From Octopus sinensis (Eukaryota), in the NCBI RefSeq assembly GCF_006345805.1, contig NC_043005.1, positions 13,330,001 to 13,394,000 of the forward strand: a stretch of 64,000 nucleotides of DNA, written 5' to 3'. Both the position numbers and the translations under genes were made by a program. The notes beneath the pieces are model-generated. The model was not told the origin of the DNA. It saw only the letters and a program-made list of their open reading frames with translations, and made no database searches. Shown here piece after piece: positions 49,302 to 62,291 of this stretch; the first letter of the stretch is position 1; every line of letters begins with the position of its first letter.

Positions 49302-49614
49302 GGCGTAGGAGTGGCTGTGTGGTAAGTAGCTTGCTTACCGACCACATGGTTCAGGGTTTAGTCCCACTACGTGGCACCTTGGACAAGTGTCTTCTACTTA
49401 TAGCCTCGGGACGACCAAAACCTTGTGAGTGGATTTGGTAGGCGGAAACTATGCATATATATATGCATAGCGGTTCGGCAAAAGAGACCGATAGAATAAG
49501 TACTAGGCTTACAAAGAATAAATCCTGGGGTCGATTTGCTCGACTAAATGTGGTGCTCCAGCATGGCCACAGTCAAAAGACTGAAACAAGTAAAAGAGTA
49601 AAAGAGTAAAAGAG
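49302..49614 (+). mobile_element. Family B SINE with internal deletion
   Basis: Head and tail present; middle shortened. Confidence 0.85.
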
Positions 49615-49977
49615 ATAAGTTCCCTAATATTCAAGTAACCACAAAATAATCGCTATGGCTGGTATAGATTTCCAGGAATAACACGACCCCTGTAACGCAG
49701 TCAATTTTTCCCCAATCCTAAATTTCTATAGACTTTGTTGATGTACAGAGCAGATATCTCAGAAGTGATCGACACGAGACAAACAAATATAGGTCTTGCT
49801 GAGAATTAATTCAATTCCTTAAGCCAGATTATGAATCCATTAAGATTTACGGATAAGCAGAATTCTAATTCATTCTTAGTTGGAAGATCGAGAAAAATAT
49901 TTAAAGAAAAAAAAAAACTCATTCAAATTGTCTCCCTTGACCATGGTCAGCTAAGGTTCATGATCTATTGCAAACTA

Positions 49978-50234
49978 ATACTCTTTTACTCTTTTACTTG
50001 TTTCAGACATTTGACTGTGGCCATGCTGGAGCACCGCCTTTAGTCGAGCAAATCGAACCCAGGACTTGTTCTTTGTAAGCCTAGTACTTATTCTATCCGT
50101 CTCTTTTGGCGAACCGCTAAGTTACGGGGACTTAAACACACCAGCATCGGTTGTCAAGCGATGTTGGGGGGACAAACACAGACACACAAACACATACACA
50201 CATACATACATACATACATACATACATACATACA

Positions 50235-50266
<32 letters not shown>

Positions 50267-50920
50267 AAGGGCTTTGTATGATTATGTATTGAGGGATATA
50301 TATTATTCAAAGAAATTCCAACTCTGTTTTTTATGTTTCATTTATATTCTTTATAATATTAATGTAGAATATAGAATATATATTACGGAGATGTACTTGC
50401 ATAGCAAGTGATTTGATCTGAGATCGTGTGCTGGAACGAAAACAATTGCAGCGTGGAAGGTGTTTGTAAGCCATTTAAGAAACAGACAAAAGCCGTTCGA
50501 TTCACTTCAACATTTAAGTTTAATTTGTCAAAATATTTTCGTCGCTATACGACCGCGACCTGTTCACTGACAAAAATATATAGTATAAATAATATATATA
50601 GTAAAACGAAATGAAGTATTGATTGTCTTATTGAATAGATGAAATATTGAATATAAAATATTAAGGGACTATTAAGGGACTAGTATACTTTCTTGCATTA
50701 TAGCAGTCTTCAAGGTCCCAGGTTGTGACAGGAGTGTTTCAACTGTGTCTGTATATATATATACGACGGGCTTCTTTCAGTTTCCGTCTACAAAATCCAC
50801 TTACAATGCTTTGGTCGGCACGAGGCTATAGTAGAAGACACTTGCCCAAGGTGCCACGCAGTGGGACTGAACCCGGAACCATGTGGTTCGTAAGCAAGCT
50901 ATTTACCACACAGCCACAGT
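49978..50920 (-). mobile_element. Family B SINE split at its microsatellite by the ~480-bp hammerhead-family fragment (50265-50745)
   Basis: 3' half at 49978-50215, 5' half at ~50755-50920. Confidence 0.7.
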
Positions 50921-51250
50921 GATTATATGATTGCTATAGGATTTATACTGGCTAATTAGAAGAAAGGTCTTACCTTACCTCCGCCATGCTCTAGAAAATG
51001 GGACGTAAGCTTTTTATCTATAGCATCTTAATATTATCTGCTTTTTTTATGAACAGCTATTCCAATGTGGTGGACTATTCAACTCTGCAATTTGTGCTGA
51101 GAAACAGGCAGCATTCGTCAATATTGGATACAGCCGAACAAATTGAATTAAATTATTCATGTTCTACTTTATCGTATTCAAAACTTTCTCTTTCGTTCGT
51201 TTTATTAACGCACAAAAACACACACAAAAACACATACATACATACATACA

Positions 51251-51282
<32 letters not shown>

Positions 51283-51647
51283 CATACATAAATACGTACG
51301 TACACACATACATTCATAGATCCACATATACATTCGTTCATTCATACATATAGACATATATACACGTATACATGACATGACGTACATATATTCATATAAA
51401 TACACACACACACATGCACACACATGAAGACACACACAGACGCATGCGCACGCCTACACACACACACACACACAGACACACACACACGCGCAAGCACACA
51501 TATGCACGAACGTACACGAGGGAATATTTCTGTCATGTGAATATGAAAAATGGAAATTTAATTGGGATATTTGTCAGTGTAACTGTGAACATCAAAAGCA
51601 TTAATTTAATATGTGTATTTTACTGAAAACGCAGGTGTAGACTGTAT

Positions 51648-51703
<56 letters not shown>

Positions 51704-51755
51704 ATACTACTACTACTGCTACTACTACTACTACTGATAATAATGATAATAATAA
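51648..51755. repeat. (ACT)n then (AAT/GAT)n microsatellite
   Basis: Direct reading. Confidence 0.95.
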
Positions 51756-51987
51756 TTCTTTCTTTATTGGCCATGGGTGCCTCGCAAATATCTGGGACAA
51801 CACAAATAGAAAGGGCAGTGAGAAATTACACAGAAAGGTGTAAAAACAATAACAGTTAACAAAAATCTTTTTCCAACAAATTCCCCCAATGGAGAGCAAA
51901 CCCTATCCAAAGGCAACGAAGAAACCTCACAGATCCCGAAACATCCTACCCACCAGTAGTACATTGGCAATTACTCCTCTTTCTGGA

Positions 51988-52390
51988 GGCGGTGAGCTGG
52001 CAGAAACGTTAGCACGCCGGGCGAAATGCTTACCTGTATTTCGTCTGCCGCTACGTTCTGAGTTCAAATTCCGCCGAGGTCGACTTTGCCTTTCATCCTT
52101 TCGGGGTCGATAAATAAGTACCAGTTACGCACTGGGGTCGATGTAATCGACTTAATCCCTTTGTCTGTCCTTGTTTGTCCTCTCTGTGTTTTAGCCCCTT
52201 GTGTGTAGTAAAGAAATAGGTATTTCGTCTGCCGCTTCGTTCTGAGTTCAAATTCCGCCGAGGTCGACTTTGCCTTTCATCCTTTCCGAGTCGATGAATT
52301 AAGTACCAGTCGCATACTGAGGTCGATCTAATCGATTGCTCCCCGCCACAAAAAAAAATCCGGTCTTTGTCTCTAGAGTAGAAAAAAAAT
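51988..52390 (+). mobile_element. Family A heterodimer type-a(full)/type-b(truncated), junction 52219/52220
   Basis: aagaaatag|gtatttcgtctg; the second tail ends ctagagtagaaaaa. Confidence 0.85.
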
Positions 52391-52601
52391 TTTCCTCTCT
52401 CTGTAATCTTCAACCCATCGATATCATCGTCAGCTTAGTGTAGGCCCACTCGTTCAGGTCATCCTGGTCACATCCAACCACCTTTCAATAAATTAACTAA
52501 GGACAGCACATACTTCTCAACACGGATTGACCAGCAGTGGACAAACAAATATTCGCGCGAATACTTACATAATATGAAAACACACACACACACATGTAAT
52601 A

Positions 52602-52750
52602 CAGTAATCCCTCGACTATCGCGGGCGTTACTTTCCAAAATACCCCGCGATGGTTGAAAATCTGAAAAGTAGAAACGTTTTTGTAATTTGTTTATATTTA
52701 TTTTATTATTTTTATATATTTAAGCTTTTATAAACTCTCTTAACAGCCTT
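52602..52750. mobile_element. Tigger/pogo-like DNA transposon end fragment
   Basis: TA|CAGTAATCCCTCGACTATCGCGG terminus; opposite TIR not found. Confidence 0.5.
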
Positions 52751-52939
52751 AGGAGCACCCGTGTCTTCTCCCGAGTTTCGTTTTCCATACAATATGTGCG
52801 ATTCTACAGCAAACGTCAAGGAGTTTCTCAACTCCTTGAAGGAGTTGGGAAACTATCAAAATAGAAGGACACTGATGTTGAAATAAGTGGGACGTGGATC
52901 ATGGAAATAAAAACAATGCCAATAATTGAAGTAAAAAAT

Positions 52940-53200
52940 GGCGCAGGCATGGCTGTGTAGTAAGAAGCTTGCTTCCTAACCACATGTTTCCGGGTTCAGT
53001 CCCACAGCGTGACACCTTGGGTAAATGTGTCTTCTACTGTAGCATCTGGCCGATTAAAGCCTTATGAGTGGATTTGGTTGATGGAGACCGAAAGAAGCCC
53101 GTCGTATATGTGTGTGTGTGTATCTATGTGTATGTGTCTTTTTGTCTATGTTTATTCCCCCATCACTGCTTGACAACCGGTATTGGTGTGTTTACGTTTC
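52940..53200 (+). mobile_element. 3'-truncated family B SINE
   Basis: Head and CORE-like segment present. Confidence 0.8.
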
Positions 53201-53214
53201 ATGAACTGCCTTCA

Positions 53215-53770
53215 GACAATCCAGCAGTCAACATTCGGTACTGATATGACGAGGGATGTTTGAACCTTGCCAGATTGAAGTCACGAAGACTGACCAGGAA
53301 GCAAAAGATGACTGAACTTCAGTGTGCTGGTGACAACGCAGCGGTCTGCTGCTGCAGTGAACTGCTTCAGCAATCGGTGAATAACTTCACCAATGCTTAC
53401 ACTCGGATTGGCCTAAGAGTCAACATCAAAAAGACAAAAAAGTTCTGGAACAACACGTTCTAAGTCAGGAAACTCCAAACTTCAACATCATCATCTCGGA
53501 GACGCCACTGGAGAAAGTCGGCCACTTTTTATACTTAGGACGTTTGCACATCGGAAAGGACGTGGAGAGCCGATTAAGAGCGGCTCACACCATGTTTGGT
53601 GAACTCGCGAAAACGGTCTTTAAGAACAAAGATCTGAACCACCAAATAAAATTGAGTGTCTAAAGAGCAGTCATGATATTTCCCCTCCTCTACGGTTGTG
53701 AAACCTGGATTCTTTACGGGTGTGACGTCAAAAAACTTGAGCGATTTCACGAACAGAAGTTCTTCTCTGT
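53215..53770 (+). mobile_element. RTE LINE RT-domain fragment
   Basis: NLARLKSRR..TELQCAGDNA (ELQYADD-like)..GLRVNIKKTK; downstream LEKVGHF.YLG and LLYGCETW. Confidence 0.75.
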
Positions 53771-53814
53771 TAACAATTAACACGGAAAAAATATTTTATA
53801 TCTTAAATATATAT

Positions 53815-54310
53815 ACATATATCTCGATACCTTATGACAAAGGCAAGGAATTTTGTCTTCTCTGTAATTCTGAACTATTTTTTATTCTTTTTTTTATAAA
53901 AATCCCCTGTAAACAGGTGATTTCTATCATTGTATATAATTTAAACATTAATTTTCTTCTTACATTTCACATTCACTAGAAATATATTTTCCCTAGTCTA
54001 TGTGGTTTTATTTAATATACATATAGTCATATACTTCTAATTTATTTACTTTTTCTTTATTTTATCCCTCCTCTTTCTATAGGCTACCTCTGACATATAT
54101 CCTATAACTTCTTTTTGAAACAATCTTAATAGCGTTCAGTTAATCCATCATTTCTTGTTAAAATGTCTTATTGACGAGTTTCATTTCTTCCCTTCCCTTC
54201 AGAGAAAATTACGTTGTTTTACACCGTTTTATTCCTTTGGAATAATACCATTGATATCTTCGAAACATGTGTCGGAGTAAAAGCATTTGAATAATACCTG
54301 CGTTTAAGTC
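53815..54310 (+). mobile_element. Second Penelope-like 3' fragment
   Basis: ISIPYDKGKEFCLLCNSELFF identical to the 13.4-kb copy; same 3' region with degenerate hammerhead at ~54192-54276. Confidence 0.8.
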
Positions 54311-55274
54311 CATTTATATATATAATATTATATATTATATATTATTATATATATATATATATATATAATATATATATATCGAATATAGAGTGTTATCTCT
54401 TTCGTAAAATAACCAGTCATGTAATCATAGTGCTGCTTTCCAACAAAAGTACATGGCCTGAAATTGTAAGAGAGGCGGTTAGTCGACACCTTCGACCCTG
54501 GTAATTGATTGGTATTGGATTTTATCGACTCCGAAAATTTGAAAGGCAAATATGACATCGGGTGGAGACGAAATCTTAGTATAAAGAATCCGAAAAATAT
54601 TGCAGGAATTTTCTCAACGGTCTTACAATTCTCTCACTCCACAGACTTTAGTACTATTGCTAATAATAATTTGATAATGATGACGACGGCGACGACGATG
54701 ATGATGGTGGTGGTTCTGATGCTACAGCTGCTAATGATGATGATGATGCTGATGATAACTGTGATGGTGATGAAGATGATGATGAGGACGAGGATTGCTT
54801 TTATTTGCTACAAGGGCCCAAGATATTAGAGGATATTATAAGAATAAAATTTAAAAAAAACCCCAAAAAACATTGGAACTTCAAATTGAATAAAGGCAAT
54901 GTGAAATCGAGAAGAAACAAAAGATAACAATAAAAATGTTAAGAAGAAAAATTCCCCAGGTAAGATGGAAAGCCATGTTGCATAATGTGTGTGTATCTGA
55001 GCGTGTGTATATATGTATGTGTATGTGAGAGAGAGAGAGAAAAAGAGAGAGGGCGAAACCCACGCAAAATCCTGGATACTCTAACGCAGTAAAAGTGTTT
55101 GTTTCCTCTCCTAAGTTTCTCTATTCCGTTTACAATAACATTTTAACAGTAGGCTTGTTTAGCCTCGTTAGTATTGCTGCATTTGTACCCGCTCTTTCCA
55201 TAAAATACCAGGGTCACTCTCTATGTCTTCATTCTGGAAGACACTGATAATGGTTTGGACAGAGAGTAAAAGCT

Positions 55275-55420
55275 GTACATTATTTACATTATTTATATTC
55301 GCCGGATATTTGTCCTCGTCTTTTTTGTTGTTAACACAACGTTTCGATTGATACACCCTCCAGCCTTCTTCAGGTGTCTTCGAGAAATTTCGAACCTGTG
55401 TTCTCATTCCTAAGGTTTTT
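55275..55420 (-). mobile_element. Short hammerhead-bearing repeat adjacent to (TAA)n
   Basis: Contains the motif at 55333-55378. Confidence 0.6.
55333..55378 (-). ncRNA. Minimal type I hammerhead, consensus core, helix II partly mismatched
   Basis: GACAC-CUGAAGA-A-GGCUG[GAGGGUGUAU]CAAUC-GAAA-CG-UU cleavage site-GUGUU; palindromic AACGUU. Confidence 0.6.
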
Positions 55421-55751
55421 CGTTATTATTATTATTATTATTATTGTTGTTGTTGTTTTTTTATTATTACTATTGTTTTGTGTTATTATTATTATTTATT
55501 ACTGTTTGTTGTTATTATTAGTATTATTATTATTATTATTATTTTATTATTATTATTATTATTATATTCAGTAGTTTTATTTTTATACGTGCTTCACTTC
55601 ACTACACGACGCAGCTCTGTGTGCCTTGGGTTGGCTGTGATTTGTTGTGATGCTCTGATGGTTATTGTATGGAAAGTGTTCTGCGTAGATGTGTGCAGTG
55701 CCTAGTAGTGCAATTTATTATTATTATTATTTTATTATTATTATTATTATT

Positions 55752-58700
55752 ATATTCTATGTTTGACTTTTGCTTTATATTTGTACAAGTTGGCTCCAAG
55801 TCTCACCCAGAGACCTCAAGAGACAACAGGGTTGGAAGTTCATGTTGTTGTTATGCCTAGTGTGCCATATTTGGGGGGTGGGGATGTTGTACAATGAATG
55901 TCTAAAAAAAAAAAATTTTTTTTTTTTTTTTTTTTAAACCGAAAATTATGGTTGTTTTAAACCTTGAGGTTACATAGAGAGTATTTTGCGTAGGATATGA
56001 GCAGTTCCCATGAGCACTATCTTTTGAACTTCTGCCATTTTTGGGTTTCCTGGTTACTGAGTTAGGTAGCTATCAGCCCCTTTTGCTATCATTCCCAGGG
56101 CACCTATGACAACAGGTATTGTTTTAGTCTTCAGCTTCCACATTTTGCTGATTTCTATTTCAAAATCTTTATATTTGCTCAGTTTTTGGTAGGTCCTGAC
56201 AGATACGTTTATATCGATTGGGACAGTCATATCAATGAGGAGGCATGTTCTTTGTTTGAAGTCTTTCAATATGATGTCTGGCCTATTTGCATCTATCTTC
56301 CTGTCAGTTTGAATGGTGAAGTTCCAGAGGAGTGAGATGTGGTCATTTCAAGCACTGGGGGTGGTTTGTGTTCCCACCAGTTTTTTTCATGGGGCAAATC
56401 CAGGTTTTTACAGATTACCCAGTGAATATATGTGCAGCTCTATCGTGCCTGTTGAGATACTCTGTAGGCGCTAGAAGACTGCACTTGGAGACCACATGGT
56501 CAATGGTTTCATTTGTGTTGCTTGCATACACGACACGTTGGACTGCTTCTGATCTTTAATATGTTGGCCTGGTAGTTTCTTGTTGGTAGGCATTGATCTT
56601 GAGCTGCTATGATAAACCCCTCTGTTTCAGATTTTAAGCCAGAGGCCATTAGCCATTGATGGGTCAGGGCTTTGTCGATATCTGCATTATTCGCTCTCTT
56701 GGGTATTTGCCATAGAGAGGTTTTTCTTGCCATTTATTATTCAGAATATCTAAGGCCGCAGTTTTGGCACGGGTTTTCATGCGCCTAGCTTTTTCTGTGC
56801 TTGTTTCTTGTATGTCTATCTCTAATTCCGAATTGGTTGTATTCGGAATTCACTTAGATATTCCTTTGCCTGTTTTGTGACTGAGTATGATGCTTTCTTG
56901 TTTTCATGTTTTGAGACAAGTTTTAACATCCAGTCCTCAGAGTTTTTCAGGTAGGTGTCTAGGCCAATTGTAGCAATCTTCATTGTTATTGCCAGTTGCA
57001 AAAGACCACGGCCTCCCTCTTTTCTGGCAGATAGAGTCGTTCTGTATCTGCCTTAGGGTGGTGCATTCTATGCATTGTCAACAGTTTCCTTATTTTTCTG
57101 TCGAGCTGACATATTTCAGTAATTGACCAGTTAACAATATTGAAACTGTAAGTCACGACTGGTATAGCTAATGCATTGATTGCTTCGATCCTGTTTTCTT
57201 GCATTCAGCTCTGTCTTGAGTATTGCTCTCACTCTTCGATAGCATTCTCTCCTGATCCTTTCCTTCATCTCTGAATGCCTTATTCCGTTCCCTTCAATTA
57301 CCCCTAGGTACTTGTAGCTCTCCGCTGGGTCTAGTTCTTTTATGACATTCTGTTGGTCAAGGTTAACGTTAGATGTTTCTGTCATTTTTCCTTTGATAAA
57401 GGTAGCCTTTGCACATTTATCGAGGCCGAATTGCATTCTGATGTCGTCACTGAATTGTTTGACTATCGCTAGTAAGCCCTTGAGTTGTTGATCATTTTTT
57501 GCAAAAAGCTTTAAATCATCCATGTAAACGAGATGATTTATATTTTTATCAAACATTTTATACCCGTACTGCGCGTCATTGAGCAGCTTTGAGAGAGGTT
57601 TAAGGATAAACAAAGAGGAGTGGTGACAGTGAGTCACCCTGGAAAATGCCACACGAAATTTTTACATCACCAGCATTTAGGGATTCACTGTCACTGTTCA
57701 GAGTTAGTGTGGTTCTCCATGATCTCATACTTACAGTCAAGAAGTTTCGCAGAGTTGGTGCTATCTTATCTATACATTTCAAGGCATTCCTAATCCAGCT
57801 ATGTGGTAGGCTATCAAAAGCCTTTTTATAGTCTATCCAGGCTATTGATAAGTTTTTGTGTCGTTTGTGACAATCTTCTAAGATCATCTTATTGATGAGT
57901 AGTTGGTCTTTACAGCCGTAGGATCCACGTTTACATCCTTTCTGTTCATTAGGGAATATGCTGCTGTCTGTTAAAAACTATAGGTATATTCCGTCAGGAC
58001 AGATGTTAGAGTTTTGTACATAGTTGTTAAGCAGGTTATGGGTCTATAGTTTTTTTGGTTCATTTGTTTCTTCACTTTTTGGAAGCAGGAATGTTAACCC
58101 ATTAACTAGCCAAGGAGGCATCCTACTAGGGTGTTGCAGAACATCATTGTACAGTTCTGTTAGCAGTTCATGGCTCTCTGGGAAGGCATTCAGCCAGAAG
58201 TTAGGAATTTTATCCTTCCTGGAGACTTCCATTTGCTTGACCTCCTGAGAGCAGATCTTATATCTTCTACCTTGACACCCTCCCACTTTTGCTCTTCTAA
58301 GGGGTCCAGTTCTGTAGATATTCTGTCAATCCAGGGGGCCTTTTCGTTGTGTGTTTTTTCTTCTGCCCAGATTTTATTCCAAAATCTCTGCACTTCTTCT
58401 TTTGATGGTACAGACCCTGCAGTAAACGCTGTTTTTCCTATCTTCCTGTAAAAATTCTTGTGTTATTTTTGAACATGTGTTGTCCTTGAAAAATCTAACA
58501 CGCTTTTCATACCTCGCTATGCGGGTAGCTTGGCAGATACTTTTGTTTGATGGTTTCTATGGTGGCATCAATATCAAGTATAGTTTTTCATATTGTATTT
58601 TTTCAGTAATTTTTGGGTTTTTGTAGGTTTGGTAGTCTTGTGAGCCTTAAGGTTTTTCAAATATTCAATGTCAGATCTAAATACTTTAATTTGTTGTTGC

Positions 58701-58770
58701 AGACGCTCTTGCCAAGAAGGCTTTTTGTGGGACTGTTGCCCGTTTTCTAATCTTTACACCACATAGGATC
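55752..58770 (-). mobile_element. 5'-truncated R4/Dong-like non-LTR retrotransposon (RT + CCHC + RLE), degraded, flanked by (TAA)n
   Basis: [17 protein letters not shown]; [13 protein letters not shown]; HLVYMDDLKLFAK; LKSETEGFIIAAQDQCLPTRNY..CRVC; RPDI..LIDMTVP.D.NV..KLSKYKD..PVVIGALG. (TTA)n on both sides. Confidence 0.85.
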
Positions 58771-58800
58771 GTTATTATTATTATTATATTATTATTATTA

Positions 58801-58833
<33 letters not shown>

Positions 58834-58834
58834 C

Positions 58835-58930
58835 GGGCATATGGCGTAGTGGTTAAGAGCGCGAGCTACTAACCCCAAAATTCCGAGTTAGATTCCAAGC
58901 AGTGACCTGAACAATAATAATAATAATAAC
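58835..58930 (+). mobile_element. Short tRNA-like SINE head followed by (AAT)n
   Basis: GGGCATATGGCGTAGTGGTTAAGAGCGC..TACTAA..GAGTTAGATTCC; acceptor stem incomplete, so not a functional tRNA. Confidence 0.6.
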
Positions 58931-59358
58931 AACCTTGCCCGGACTTCTACCTAGGAGGGTAACTTTCTAGGTGCATTCATGACCGAAGGGGGTCTCAACA
59001 TCGTTCCCTCAGCCACTCAATTGTCCGAATACTGTAGTTCAAGTCATTAGCAATGACCCATAGACGTTGCTCAGCATGGAAGCGTCCGGTGGCTTGCTCC
59101 TTCTGATTTCATGTCAATGTTGGCGTGCTTGTTGCGGTCTAGAAACGAACGACAAGCTGGTAAATTTGGGTGCCTTTTATACCCAATGAATCAACGTTTT
59201 GCAGGTGCATCATGCTTTTCATAAAGATGCGTTCGCGATCATTACCATGTTCACGAAAAGTGAGCGAGTTCGAACCCTACATGTTTTCAAAAGAGAGTGG
59301 TGTTGTGGGTCAGTGACATCTTCTTGATATCAAATTACCTAGAAATGTGAAAAAATTC

Positions 59359-59781
59359 GGATCTTTTCAGTTTGAACGGCAGTTTTTTCTAGCGGTGTCA
59401 TATGAAATTGTCACCCATAATTATGACCCTAGTATCGATCTATTGCATTTCAATCTGTTTTAGAGTTAGGGTTAGGGTTAGGAGTGGGGGAAGGGTATCT
59501 TTTTTCTTCACAAATGTAAATAAACCCAATCTGTTTTTTAAACGAGGGACATATTCATATGGCACATTATGTTGTTTACCTCAATGGACGTCAGTGATTG
59601 GTTGAAATTGCAGAAATTGAAGGAAAAAAAGACAACAAATATCTTACAAACTATAGAATTTTCTCAATAAAGCCAAGAGAAAAAGATGTTTTATAAACAC
59701 GTTCTACCAGTATACGAACTTTAAAATTTTTTAGTTACCTAGAAATTGTGTTACAAACTGCCGTTCAAAGCGAAAAGATCC
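59359..59781. mobile_element. GGATCTTTTC MITE, opposite orientation to 2313; TSD (A/T)AAAATTC
   Basis: TIRs with one mismatch each; 7/8 TSD. Confidence 0.85.
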
Positions 59782-60063
59782 TAAAATTCATATATTCTCA
59801 ATATCGTGTGGGAAGCAAATAATCTTTTACAGTTTCATTTGTAGTTCAGTATTCATATACATATTTCATTTGTAGTTCAGTATTCATATACATATTCTTG
59901 TATTTGCTTCCGTCATTGGACTGCGGCTGTGTTGGGGCACCACTTTCAAGGGTTTAGCCGAACAAATTGACCCCTGTACTCATTTCTTTTGAAGCCAGGT
60001 ACTTACCATTCTACCGGTATCACTTGCTGAATCGCTCAGCACCGGTTCTCAAGTAGAGTGGTG

Positions 60064-60422
60064 GAAGCACTCCGTCGGTTCCGATCAACGGAACAGCATG
60101 CTCGTGAAATTAACGTGTAAGTGGCTGAGCACTCCGCAGACACGTGTACCCTTAACGTAGTTCTCGGGGATATTCAGCATGACACAGAGAGTGACAAGGC
60201 CGGCCCCTTGAAATACAGGTACAACAGAAACAGGAAGTAAGAGTGAGAGAAAGTTGTGGTGAAAGAGTACAGCAGGGATCACCACCATCCCCTGCCGGAG
60301 CCTCGTGGAGCTTTTAGGTGTTTTCGCTCAATAAACACTCACAACGCCCGGTCTGGGAATCGAAACCGCGATCCTACGACCGCGAGTCCGCTGCCCTAAT
60401 CACTGGGCCATTGCGCCTCCAC
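60064..60422 (-). mobile_element. SINE family C
   Basis: Reverse-complement match to 5702. Confidence 0.9.
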
Positions 60423-60824
60423 TCAAGTAGAGTATCTCATTTAGGATAATAATTTAACTTGGGTAAGCTGAATTTGAACTCTTACAGCCGTTTATTCTGT
60501 TCTTCTATCCTTCTTTCTCTCTTTCTTCTCTCTCGCTCTCTTATACACCCACTCCCAAAACCCATTTATGCCCATCATACTTACTCGCTCTATATACGCA
60601 TTTACAATATGAAAACATCATTCAAAATACTGCCTGGATTAACCTAGGATTTTAACTTCATGGAAGTACCGACCAACATCCATATCCTCTGGTAAAAGAT
60701 GAGTTGTGAACATTATTCTTCTTCTAACTACTTTTACTCTTTATTCTTTTACTTTACTATTTTATTCTTCTAACTTATTCCTTGTAAACTGTAAATTTTC
60801 CCCCGTCTAAAATATTCACACCTT

Positions 60825-60900
60825 GTCTCTGATGAAGGAATACCCAGTGCATCGACACGCTAACCTACCACTTGGATCCACCCAGAAACGGCTGTTAGAC
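60825..60900 (+). ncRNA. Type I hammerhead with extended helix II
   Basis: GUCU-CUGAUGA-[AGGAAUACCCAGUG..CACUUGGAUCCACCCA]-GAAA-CGGCUG-UU cleavage site-AGAC. Confidence 0.55.
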
Positions 60901-61233
60901 TTCAAATTCACCTTACCCTAATAAAATTATTTTAAATGACTTGAGATACTCGTTCTGCCTAGGTTTTGATCTTTCCTCAAATATAATATATACTTGCTAT
61001 AACGAAACCCTAACCCGGATCCCTAGATCCAGTCTTAGCTGTGATCTTGGAACCCAACGGTCGACCAACTATTTCATTTGCTCAGCGTACCTAAACTCCT
61101 TATACTCTTTATATATCTCTCTCTATATATATACTGTATATATACTGTAAATACAATATCCTTACGTATCTCACGTCTGTCTTCATTCCTCCAATTCACT
61201 CTGTATTTCATATCTACTCTATAATAACTATTA

Positions 61234-61613
61234 GTGGAGGCGCAATGGCCCAGTGGTTAGGGCAGCGGACTCGCGGTCATAGGATCGCGGTTTCGATTCC
61301 AGACCGGGCATTGTGAGTGTTTATTGAGCGAAAACACCTAAAGCTCCACGAGGCTCCGGCAGGGATGGTGGTGATCCCTGCTGTACTCCTTCACCACAAC
61401 TTTCTCTCACTCTTACTTCCTGTTTCTGTTGTACCTGTATTTCAAAGGGCCGGCCTTGTCACTCTCTGTGTCACGCTGAATATCCCCAAGAACTACGTTA
61501 AGGGTACACGTGTCTGTGGAGTGCTCAGCCACTTACACGTTAATTTCACGAGCAGCCTGTTCCGTTGATCGGATCAACCGGAACCCTCGTCGTCGTAACC
61601 GACGGAGTGCTTC
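61234..61613 (+). mobile_element. SINE family C
   Basis: Full match. Confidence 0.9.
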
Positions 61614-61659
61614 TAAAAAAAAATCTATAATAACTATTACTTAAACATTTTCTCCCACC

Positions 61660-61707
61660 GTCTCTGATGAACGGATATATAAGATATCCTGGAAACAGCT
61701 GTAAGAC
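61660..61707 (+). ncRNA. Type I hammerhead, consensus core, palindromic helix III
   Basis: GUCU-CUGAUGA-AC-GGAUAU-AUAAG-AUAUCC-UG-GAAA-CAGCUG-UA cleavage site-AGAC. Confidence 0.7.
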
Positions 61708-61781
61708 CTTCTCTTTATAAATGTTCTGAAAACTATTCACAGCTTTGGATTTTTTATTTTATTTTGTTAATTTTATATATA

Positions 61782-62179
61782 TACTCTTTTTACTTGTTTC
61801 AGTCATTTGACTGCGGCCATGCTGGAGCACCGCCTTTAATCGAGCAAATCGACCCCGGGACTTATTCTTTGTAAGCCCAGTACTTATTCTATCGGTCTCT
61901 TTTGCCAAACCGCTAAGTGACGGGGACGTAAACACACCAGTATCGGTTGTCAAGCAATGCTAGGGGGACAAGCACAGACACACAAACACACATATATATA
62001 TATATATACATATATACGACAGGCTTCTTTCAGTTTCCGTCTAACAAATCCACTCACAAGGCATTGGTCGGCCCGGGGCTATAGCAGAAGACACTTGCCC
62101 AAGATGCCACGCAGTGGGACTGAACCCGGAACCATGTGGTTGGTTAGCAAGCTACTTACCACACAGCCACTCCTGCGCC

Positions 62180-62180
<1 letters not shown>
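61782..62180 (-). mobile_element. Family B SINE
   Basis: Full reverse-complement match. Confidence 0.9.
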
Positions 62181-62213
<33 letters not shown>

Positions 62214-62291
62214 GTGTGTGTGTGTGGTGTGTGTGTGTGTTGTGTGTGTGTGTGTGTATGTATGTATATGTACATATTATTTATTTATACG

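Noticed and set aside
58835-58910. Functional tRNA-Ser gene
   Set aside because: No long variable arm, the acceptor stem does not close, and it runs into (AAT)n; SINE head instead.
59833-59894. 31-bp direct tandem duplication (tttcatttgtagttcagtattcatatacata x2)
   Set aside because: Real, but an ordinary local slippage duplication with no further structure.
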